This document shows, one piece after another, positions 1 through 7,219 of a DNA stretch of 37,663 bases. How positions within the stretch are numbered: position 1 is the first letter of the stretch; every line of letters begins with the position of its first letter. Origin of the DNA: a virus (Duplodnaviria > Caudoviricetes). Below the pieces are notes generated by a model. That model was not told where the DNA came from, ran no database searches, and saw nothing but the letters and a program-made list of their open reading frames with translations. The stretch covers positions 1 to 37,663 of IMG/VR virus record IMGVR_UViG_3300031689_000016; one strand, written 5' to 3'. Position numbers and translations under genes: made by a program.

Positions 1-7
1 TGTAGCA

Positions 8-322
8 CCTCACAACCTCCAATATTGGGGGTTGTTTTGGTTGGTGGGTGTTGGTGGGTGTTGTGTTGTTGGTGGTGTTGTGTTGGCTTATGGTGTTGGC
101 TTATGGTGTGCGTGGTGTGGTGGTGTGGGTGTTATTGTGTGGGCGTTGGTTGGTTGGTTCGTTCGTTCGTTGGTTGGTTCGTTGGTTGTTGTTATGGTGT
201 GGGCGTTGGGTGTGTGTGTGGGTGTGTGGTGGTGGCTCAATTTGGGGGGTGTAGGGTGTACTTTTATAGATTCTATTTTACACTAGTTACTCATCTTTTG
301 TTGTTGTTGTGAGGTTGTGAGG
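8..322. repeat. 12-bp perfect inverted repeat flanking the G/T tract
   Basis: CCTCACAACCTC at 8-19; its reverse complement GAGGTTGTGAGG at 311-322. Confidence 0.75.
25..250. repeat. G/T-only low-complexity tract with internal 20-bp direct repeat
   Basis: The + strand is almost entirely G and T (TGG, TTGG, TGTG, GTTC units). TGTTAT(T/G)GTGTGGGCGTTGG occurs at 130 and 190. Confidence 0.9.
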
Positions 323-539
323 GGTGCAAAGTGTCAACACTTAACCAATCAAAAAGAGCCATTTTTTGAGGGCGTTTGAAAAGATCAAAAAAAATAATTG
401 CATAAATTTTATCAAAGTGTTAACCACTGGGGGGGTGTTATTTGCGTGTTGAGGACTGCATTTTGAGGTAGTACGATATTCACACTAGATTTTCGGATTT
501 TAAACTTTTATTACACCAACTGCACAATATATATTTTAG

Positions 540-594
540 TTCCAAACTTTATTATTTATTATTTGTTATATTGTACATAAATAATGTAACTTTG
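540..594 (+). promoter_or_regulatory. Putative phage promoter TTCCAAACT-N17-TTATATTGTA, plus a canonical Bacteroidota -7 box
   Basis: Motif at 540-575 recurs at 3388 and 24195. TAACTTTG (TAnnTTTG) at 587-594 lies 4 nt before the ATG at 599. Confidence 0.6.
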
Positions 595-598
595 TAAA

Positions 599-1114
599 AT
601 GAATAAAAGAGATCAAGGAAGGGCTGATAGGCGAGATGCCAAGCTACTCCAAAAGGAACAAGATTTAAAGATTATTAAGTCTGTTGTTTCAACTAAGAAT
701 AGTTCAGCTTTAGATATTACTAAGGACTCAGGGAAGGCTACTTCTTTGGTTAGCTACAAAAGAACCACTGAGGTTGTAAGGTTAATTTTAAGGGGAGTAA
801 GGTACACTGACATAATGGAGTATTGCGAAGCTCATTGGGGAATTAAGAAAAGAATGGCTAGTATCTATTATAAGAAGGCATTAGAGAGTTTTGCAGAGCA
901 ATTTGCAGAGGAAAGAGAATATGAAATGGATAAACACGCTATAATGTTGCAAGATTTATATAGTCAAGGATATAAAGCAGGAGATTTGAATATCTGTAGA
1001 TTATTACTCCAGGATATTGCAAAGATGAAAGGAATTGTGATTGATAGAGTTGATGTTACTAGTGGTGGGGAAGGATTTGTGTTTAATTATAAATCCCCTG
1101 AAGAAACATTATAA
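599..1114 (+). CDS. terS: Terminase small subunit
   Basis: 171 aa, HTH-like segment (YTDIMEYCEAHWGIKKRMASIY), C-terminal DRVDVTSGGE typical of TerS, upstream of terL. Confidence 0.7.
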   Translation: MNKRDQGRADRRDAKLLQKEQDLKIIKSVVSTKNSSALDITKDSGKATSLVSYKRTTEVVRLILRGVRYTDIMEYCEAHWGIKKRMASIYYKKALESFAEQFAEEREYEMDKHAIMLQDLYSQGYKAGDLNICRLLLQDIAKMKGIVIDRVDVTSGGEGFVFNYKSPEETL

Positions 1115-1118
1115 TATT

Positions 1119-1171
1119 CCCTTGACCATCACTTCAACAAAAATGAAAAGGATTTTGTTAAAGGGGTTTTT
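1119..1171 (+). terminator. Bulged hairpin plus T-run after terS
   Basis: AACAAAA(1136-1142)/TTTTGTT(1153-1159) and CCCTT(1119-1123)/AAGGG(1161-1165), followed by TTTTT. Confidence 0.4.
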
Positions 1172-1200
1172 ATATTATTTATAAACAACAATAATAAGAT

Positions 1201-1235
1201 GCTAATATAATCAAAATAATTAACATAGTTTGGAA
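1201..1235 (-). promoter_or_regulatory. Antisense copy of the TTCCAAACT promoter motif
   Basis: Minus strand reads TTCCAAACT-N16-TTATATTAGC, pointing at the terS 3' end. Confidence 0.4.
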
Positions 1236-1263
1236 ACTTTAAGAATAAATTAAAACATAGAAA

Positions 1264-1890
1264 ATGGATTTAACAATAGCTACACCTTTAAGAATTACAA
1301 TATCTGACTCAATAATGGATTCGGATTACACAAACTCTCTACCCCCTACAAAGATAAGAGATAATAAGAAATTATCAATACTTAAAGAAGAGCCTAGAGA
1401 AGAGAAAAAGAAGTTCTTTAAACCTAAACTTGATGCAAAAACAAATAGCCGACCAGCTCCTTTTGAACTTGTTTCTGGAACACTTTGGGCTTTGGAGTAT
1501 TCTACAGGTGGAAACTACATTCTTCTTAATGATAAACTAACTACTAAAGAACTTAAGGCATTTATCAATGTAGAGGGAGTAACTGCAAGAGCAGCTAGTG
1601 CAATTACTTTTATTGAAGATACTTTGTTGTTGGCAGAGAGTCATTCTGACAAGTACAGTTCATATACATCTGTAGATTATAATATACTTGAATTAATGAA
1701 CGCTATTTATAAAACTAAGGTATTTGAAAATACAGAGATAGGTGAAGAAGCAAAATATTTTATAGAAGTATTATATGCAGATCAGTTGGCAGACAATGCT
1801 AAACATTCAGCAAGAGAAACTTTTAGGAATAAATTTAATAGAGATGAAGCATCAATAATATTTTTAACTAGCATTGGAATAATAGAATAA
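1264..1890 (+). CDS. Hypothetical protein between terS and terL
   Basis: 208-aa ORF with A-rich start context; no motif recognised. Confidence 0.75.
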   Translation: MDLTIATPLRITISDSIMDSDYTNSLPPTKIRDNKKLSILKEEPREEKKKFFKPKLDAKTNSRPAPFELVSGTLWALEYSTGGNYILLNDKLTTKELKAFINVEGVTARAASAITFIEDTLLLAESHSDKYSSYTSVDYNILELMNAIYKTKVFENTEIGEEAKYFIEVLYADQLADNAKHSARETFRNKFNRDEASIIFLTSIGIIE

Positions 1891-2063
1891 TGAAAGAAAT
1901 TAAAAAAAGTTTAGGTCTTAAGGACACAAAACCAGGAATTTTAGAATATTTATTTGGTGGATTAGCAATAGCATTTGCTTTACCCCCAGTTATTGTATAT
2001 CTTATTTTAATAGTTTGTATAATAAAACCTGTAAAGGCATTAGTTAAGTCAGTTTGGAAATAG
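1890..2063 (+). CDS. Small membrane protein (57 aa, absent from ORF track)
   Basis: MKEIKKSLGLKDTKPGILEYLFGGLAIAFALPPVIVYLILIVCIIKPVKALVKSVWK*. TAATG coupling to the upstream gene; overlaps the terL start. Confidence 0.7.
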   Translation: MKEIKKSLGLKDTKPGILEYLFGGLAIAFALPPVIVYLILIVCIIKPVKALVKSVWK

Positions 2064-3373
2064 ATTTTAAGCCTACACCTAAACAAGACAAAGCCTGGAA
2101 TTACCTTCACGACAATGAAACAAGTGAAGTTTTATTTGGAGGAAGTGCTGGAGGAGGTAAATCATATTTTGGAGCAGCTTGGTTGTTGTATTCTTGCCTT
2201 CGTTATCCTGGCACTCGTTGGTTAATGGGTAGAGCAGTGCTAAAAACGCTTAAAGAAACTACTTTAAACTCTTTTTTTATGGTTTGTAGTGATTGGGGGG
2301 TTAAAAAAGGTCAAGTTTACAAGTTTAATGCCCAAAGTAATGTTATTGAGTTTACTAATGGCAGTTCAATCTTATTAAAAGACCTTTACCAGTACCCAGC
2401 TGATCCAAACTTTGATTCACTTGGTTCACTAGAGATTTCCGGTGCTTTTATAGATGAGGTGAACCAATGCACCGAAAAAGCAAAGAATGTTGTGGCTTCA
2501 AGAATAAGATATATGCTTTCAGAGTATAAATTACGCCCAAAAGTGCTTATGTCGTGCAATCCAGCAAAAAATTGGGTGTATGACTTCTATAAACAAGATA
2601 GAGATGGTACTTTAGCTACTCATAAGAAGTTTGTGAAGGCTAAATTAGCAGATAATCCACATATATCAGAGTTTTATGAGGAACAACTGAAAAAGCTTGA
2701 TCCTGTTTCAAGAGAAAGACTACTTCATGGTAATTGGGAATATGATTCAGGTGAAGATAGACTTTTTGACTATGAATCTGTTTTAAATATGTTCACTAAC
2801 TCATCTGTATCTGAAGATGAGGGTGAAAGGTATCTTTCTTGCGATATTGCTCTTCTTGGTAGTGATAAACTAGTGATTTGCGTATGGTATGGGATGGTAG
2901 TCAAGGAAATGATAACAAAAGACAAGACATCTGCCGATAATGTAGAGAGATTGATAAGAAACACAGCAGATATGCACAAAATACCACAAAAAAACATCAT
3001 AATTGATAGTGATGGAGTAGGTCAATACCTCTCTCATTACATGAAAGGAGTGCAACCTTTTGTGAATAATGCCAAACCTTTAGATAAAGAGAGTTATCAG
3101 AATCTAAAAACACAATGCTATTATAAACTTGCAGAACAGATAAATGTGGGTAATATATGGGTAAAATGCAATGATATTGACCTTAGAAACAAGATTATTG
3201 AAGAATTTGAAGTTATAAGAAGAAAGAATATGGATAATGATGGAAAACTATCTATTCTATCAAAAAAAGAAATGAAAGCCGTCTTAGGACATTCTCCTGA
3301 CTTTGCTGATGCACTTATGATGAGAATGAGGTATATGTTTAAGAATGGCAGGAAAATAATGGCGTGGAGATAA
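2054..3373 (+). CDS. terL: Terminase large subunit
   Basis: Walker A GGSAGGGKS, Walker B AFIDEV, motif III SCNP, nuclease SCDIA ... HSPDFADAL; TTG start. Confidence 0.95.
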   Translation: MEIDFKPTPKQDKAWNYLHDNETSEVLFGGSAGGGKSYFGAAWLLYSCLRYPGTRWLMGRAVLKTLKETTLNSFFMVCSDWGVKKGQVYKFNAQSNVIEFTNGSSILLKDLYQYPADPNFDSLGSLEISGAFIDEVNQCTEKAKNVVASRIRYMLSEYKLRPKVLMSCNPAKNWVYDFYKQDRDGTLATHKKFVKAKLADNPHISEFYEEQLKKLDPVSRERLLHGNWEYDSGEDRLFDYESVLNMFTNSSVSEDEGERYLSCDIALLGSDKLVICVWYGMVVKEMITKDKTSADNVERLIRNTADMHKIPQKNIIIDSDGVGQYLSHYMKGVQPFVNNAKPLDKESYQNLKTQCYYKLAEQINVGNIWVKCNDIDLRNKIIEEFEVIRRKNMDNDGKLSILSKKEMKAVLGHSPDFADALMMRMRYMFKNGRKIMAWR

Positions 3374-3387
3374 AAACTATATTTTTG

Positions 3388-3423
3388 TTCCATAAAGTTC
3401 CATTATTTATTTGTTATATTGTA
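3388..3423 (+). promoter_or_regulatory. Putative phage promoter TTCCATAAA-N17-TTATATTGTA
   Basis: Same spacing as the copies at 540 and 24195; the ATG follows 2 nt later. Confidence 0.55.
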
Positions 3424-3425
3424 GA

Positions 3426-3830
3426 ATGAGCATTAATAACGATATAATTTATTTAAACGAAAGACATTCTTCTATAGTCAATGAGTTTTTAAACGATATT
3501 CACCAAGTCATAGATGATGTAACTATGTTTGAAGAAGATTATATTGGATTTGAGGTTTTAGTAGAAAAAGCTATTGAGTTTCACAATGGATTAGGAGGTT
3601 ATGTGGAGTCAGGTGGTGTTAATCGTAGAGATTGGTATATGTCTTTGCCAAATAATATATATTGGGCAACTAAAGGCTATATATCTAACCTAGCTTTAAA
3701 TCAAGATGAAGATTTATATTTATTTGAAGATAAATTATTATCTTTGACTGTAGATGTTTTAGAAAAACTAAATGATAGTCTTTTAGTACATCCATTTACA
3801 TCAAAAGAAAATAAAATACATTTAAACTGA
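3426..3830 (+). CDS. Hypothetical acidic protein
   Basis: The ATG at 3426 is preferred over the TTG at 3411, which lies inside the promoter motif; TGATG-coupled to the next gene. Confidence 0.7.
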   Translation: MSINNDIIYLNERHSSIVNEFLNDIHQVIDDVTMFEEDYIGFEVLVEKAIEFHNGLGGYVESGGVNRRDWYMSLPNNIYWATKGYISNLALNQDEDLYLFEDKLLSLTVDVLEKLNDSLLVHPFTSKENKIHLN

Positions 3831-4510
3831 TGAAAGAATTTTTAATGAATGAAAAGGTAGTAGAATTACCTGAATCTTGGCTAGAAGTAAAGTGGGGAAA
3901 ATTTTTAGGGTTTACTAAGTTAATAGAGGTACATGAATCTAAGATAAAAGAACAAGATAGCGATAACAAAGAAAATGTTGAGGAAGAGTGGAGGGAAGCT
4001 ATTAGGGCTTTAGATTTAAACACAAAGATATTGTCTTTTTGGACTGGATTAACTCAAGAGGAAATATCTCATTGGGATATGAAAGAAGCAGAAAAGCTTA
4101 TGAAGTGTTTATCTTTTGTAAACGAAAAATATATACCAATAGACATATCTTCTTTTACTATAGGTGATGAAAAATTCTTTTTACCTAAAGATTTAATGAG
4201 AGAAGCTACATTTGGTAGATATATTGAAGCAGAACAACTAGAAATACAGTCGGAAATGATTTCTAAAGGGAAAATAGAGTTTATGCCTAGACAAATAGCT
4301 ATACTTGTTAAAAAAGGAGGGGAGGGTGATAATTTAGATGACAATTTAATTGATAAAAGAGAAGAGTTGTTCAAATCGTTAGATATGGCAACCATTTGGG
4401 ATGTCGCTTTTTTTTTGACCAAGTTAGAACAGGGATTGACGATCAGTTCCCTAACCTCTCAGGCGGTGAAGGTGATGCAGTTGGAGCAAGAGCAGCTAAA
4501 GGAACAATAG
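3830..4510 (+). CDS. Tail assembly chaperone (gpG-like)
   Basis: Acidic 226 aa, LPESWLEVKW motif, slippery T TTT TTT near the 3' end with an overlapping -1 ORF. Confidence 0.65.
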   Translation: MKEFLMNEKVVELPESWLEVKWGKFLGFTKLIEVHESKIKEQDSDNKENVEEEWREAIRALDLNTKILSFWTGLTQEEISHWDMKEAEKLMKCLSFVNEKYIPIDISSFTIGDEKFFLPKDLMREATFGRYIEAEQLEIQSEMISKGKIEFMPRQIAILVKKGGEGDNLDDNLIDKREELFKSLDMATIWDVAFFLTKLEQGLTISSLTSQAVKVMQLEQEQLKEQ

Positions 4511-4701
4511 ATGGTTATGGATGGCTAAACTCAGTTTATAGAATAGCTGCTGATGGTTTATTTACTCATAATAGTAAAAGTGCTGTTCAAAGTGTTTTAG
4601 ATACCAAGCTTTATGAGATATTAACTTATCTTTCTTGGAAAAACGCTTGTAGTAGGTTTGATGAAATTGTAACAGAGATACAAAAAAAACAACAGAAATA
4701 A
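4408..4701 (+). CDS. -1 frameshift extension of tail chaperone (gpT-like); fusion 3830-4701 about 290 aa
   Basis: T9 run at 4408-4416. The -1 frame is open to 4701 (FFFDQVR...GYGWLNSVYRIA...EILTYLSW) and its stop is coupled to the next ATG. Confidence 0.75.
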   Translation, partial: FFFDQVRTGIDDQFPNLSGGEGDAVGARAAKGTIDGYGWLNSVYRIAADGLFTHNSKSAVQSVLDTKLYEILTYLSWKNACSRFDEIVTEIQKKQQK

Positions 4702-5300
4702 TGGCTACAACTTTAACACAATTAGTAAACAATATGGAAATCTGTGCAAAAAGTGCAGGTTTTACAACCTTTAAGTTTGGTAAACTAGCTCATATTAATT
4801 TTGACCACAATATTAAGTATGACTTATTAAATCTTCAGTACCCTGATTCAAGGATATTAGATATAAATAATGGATTACAAGTTTATAATTGTGTAATAAC
4901 AGCGGCAAGACCTTATTCTAAAGCTAATCCAAGAGGTGTTAGGAGAGTAGATAATGTTCATATTATTATGACTGCTTTAGAAAATAGAATATGGAATTTT
5001 TTGTCTTGTGTAGGAGCAGGTAATAATTGTCAAGATTTAATCCCAAGAGAAACAATACAGTTGCGTAGAGAGAAAGGAACTCATAATGACCAGTTAGTTA
5101 CAGTAACTTGTTCTTTTAATATTGAAGTATTTTTTAATTGCATTGAAATTGATTGTAATAGCGACTGGCCTCCAACTGCTGTAGCAGCTTCTTATAATTG
5201 TAAAAGTGGTGTTTGTTACGATCCTGGTGATGGAACAGGAGCATATAGTTCTTTAGCAGCTTGTCAGGCTTCATCTTGCTTTACAGGTTCAGGAGCTTAG
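4701..5300 (+). CDS. Putative tail completion/terminator protein with Cys-rich C-terminal extension
   Basis: Size and position in the tail module; the function is inferred. Confidence 0.45.
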   Translation: MATTLTQLVNNMEICAKSAGFTTFKFGKLAHINFDHNIKYDLLNLQYPDSRILDINNGLQVYNCVITAARPYSKANPRGVRRVDNVHIIMTALENRIWNFLSCVGAGNNCQDLIPRETIQLRREKGTHNDQLVTVTCSFNIEVFFNCIEIDCNSDWPPTAVAASYNCKSGVCYDPGDGTGAYSSLAACQASSCFTGSGA

Positions 5301-5303
5301 TAT

Positions 5304-5792
5304 ATGAGTTCAATTATAAATATAGCGGGAGATAGAATAAAGCAAATGTTTACTTCACAGTTAAATAAAACTAGGGGTGGAAGTAAAATGCCAATTAATA
5401 GCTCTGGTAGCCTTAGAGATGGTATGAGAATAGAAACGACTAGTTCAGGTGGTATTACAAAGATAAGTCTTTTAGGTAAAGAATATGGATTAGATTTAAA
5501 TAGCCCAACACCTACTCAGTTTAGTTTCTCAGGAGCAGGAGCTGATCCTGGAAGTGATTATATTCATGGATTAGTTAGATGGTTAGGACAAAAAAAAGGA
5601 ATTTACGGAAGAGCAGCTTTATCACAAGCTTTTAAAATTGCAAGGACAAACGCAGGAACATCACCTAAAAATTCTAATTGGATTGGTGAAATAAAAGAAC
5701 AAGTTGATAACGAAATTTTAGATTTATTCACAACAAATACAAAAAGAGTTGTATCAGCAGACATTAAAAGGGTACTCAATATAAAAATATAA
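5304..5792 (+). CDS. Putative neck/tail-completion protein (HK97 gp10-like)
   Basis: Basic 162 aa with NSSGSLRDGMR motif; tail module context. Confidence 0.45.
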   Translation: MSSIINIAGDRIKQMFTSQLNKTRGGSKMPINSSGSLRDGMRIETTSSGGITKISLLGKEYGLDLNSPTPTQFSFSGAGADPGSDYIHGLVRWLGQKKGIYGRAALSQAFKIARTNAGTSPKNSNWIGEIKEQVDNEILDLFTTNTKRVVSADIKRVLNIKI

Positions 5793-5796
5793 TAAA

Positions 5797-7218
5797 ATGG
5801 CATCATCAATAGTAGTTCACACAGATAAACATATTTTTAGAACAGCATATAGACCAATATTAACTACTGCTATGGACACTATTGGAGATGCGGCTTATTT
5901 AAAGGCTGAATTAGAAAGAGAAACTTGGATTAATTCTGGTAGTTATGTTGGGCTAGGTATTTACTTAAATGCTTATGAAAGTATAGGAGGTTCTCAGCAC
6001 TATACTTTTAATTCTATGGGATATTGCAGGGAACTTATATCAGGTGGTGAATTTTCTAAAAATTGGAATGGTCATAGTGGAGATGACATAGGAAGTCAGT
6101 TTAGATTAAGAATATCAGCAGTTAGACATTCAAACACACCAAATCAACCATTAATTGATGATGAAACTGATTTTGCTTATTCTGATAGTTGGTTTGCTTT
6201 ACCAACCACAACAAATGAGCTTCAAGCTCTTCATTCTACAGGATTCCCACATAGTCATCATCAAGTAAATAGATTAATACTTGGAGATAATAAGGGAGGT
6301 AGTTTAACCGATCCTAATTATGAATTTAGTCAAAATAAACCCAATTTTTTCGGTGGAGGATTTGGTTATGCTCAAAACTGGAATAGTTGTGCTGCGACTA
6401 AAGCATATACTATTAATAGAAGTGATGCTAGAAATGATGCTATATATCTTCCTGTTGGATTAGGAGCTTATTGGGATGAGTTTTGGGTTTATATAGCTAT
6501 AATGAATACCGCTGGAACTGTAGCTGGGGTTCACATGTTTCAAGTTTCAGATTATAGTAATTTATATAAGATACCTTGCCATCCAGATACTTTAAAAGGT
6601 TACATTTTAGGTAATGGAGGTGGTACGGCTAATACTCTTATTAATAGTTCTGGAAATCTAGTGGGAGCTGGTGCAGTTATATATCCTATGGTTAGAGCTT
6701 CTTCTACTAGTGCATTAAAAACTCAAAGAGATGGACAAGGAAATGCTGCTCCTACATTTTTAGATTACACTGAGGAAGAAAACAATGGTAAGTGTAATAG
6801 AAGTAAATTCATATTTAGAAACACATCAGGAGGGTTTGATTGGTTAAATATTTATGGCACTGAAAGCAAAACAACATCTTTTGAGTCTGTTATATATGAT
6901 TCCATACCAACATCATCAACTTCACTCCACACTAGAAAAACATTATATAATAATAGAGAAGATGTTTTTACTGTTACATCTCAACCAGTAAGCAGAAAGA
7001 TAGGTGTACATATAGAAGAAATGATAACTAGTTCTATGGTTTGGATTAATTTAAAGTTAAAAAATACAACTAGTATTCCTTTTAGTTATAGCGATAGTAG
7101 ATTAGTTCCTATATTAATAGTTCCTGGTTCTTTTGATATATATAATACAGAGAATAATATAAGTTTTATTAAATTTAGCTATACTTTTTCAGAGCAAATA
7201 ACATTACAAAAAGGTTAA
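5797..7218 (+). CDS. Tail structural protein (distal-tail-like C-terminus)
   Basis: 473 aa, beta-rich; C-terminal FxNxxGGFD motif recalled from Bacteroidota phage tail proteins. Confidence 0.55.
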   Translation: MASSIVVHTDKHIFRTAYRPILTTAMDTIGDAAYLKAELERETWINSGSYVGLGIYLNAYESIGGSQHYTFNSMGYCRELISGGEFSKNWNGHSGDDIGSQFRLRISAVRHSNTPNQPLIDDETDFAYSDSWFALPTTTNELQALHSTGFPHSHHQVNRLILGDNKGGSLTDPNYEFSQNKPNFFGGGFGYAQNWNSCAATKAYTINRSDARNDAIYLPVGLGAYWDEFWVYIAIMNTAGTVAGVHMFQVSDYSNLYKIPCHPDTLKGYILGNGGGTANTLINSSGNLVGAGAVIYPMVRASSTSALKTQRDGQGNAAPTFLDYTEEENNGKCNRSKFIFRNTSGGFDWLNIYGTESKTTSFESVIYDSIPTSSTSLHTRKTLYNNREDVFTVTSQPVSRKIGVHIEEMITSSMVWINLKLKNTTSIPFSYSDSRLVPILIVPGSFDIYNTENNISFIKFSYTFSEQITLQKG

Positions 7219-7219
7219 T

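Noticed and set aside
25-312. Three overlapping V/G/W/C-rich ORFs
   Set aside because: All three frames are open only because the tract lacks A and therefore stop codons; the composition is unlike any real gene here.
429-439. GGGGGGGTGTT shared with 20614-20624
   Set aside because: Only 11 bp and mostly homopolymer, too weak to link the two sites.
2051-2059. Another minus-strand TTCCAAACT over the terL start
   Set aside because: No TTATATT box at the expected distance, and it lies in doubly coding sequence.
4396-4701. Independent gene starting at TTG 4396
   Set aside because: Poor start context; better explained as the -1 frameshift extension.
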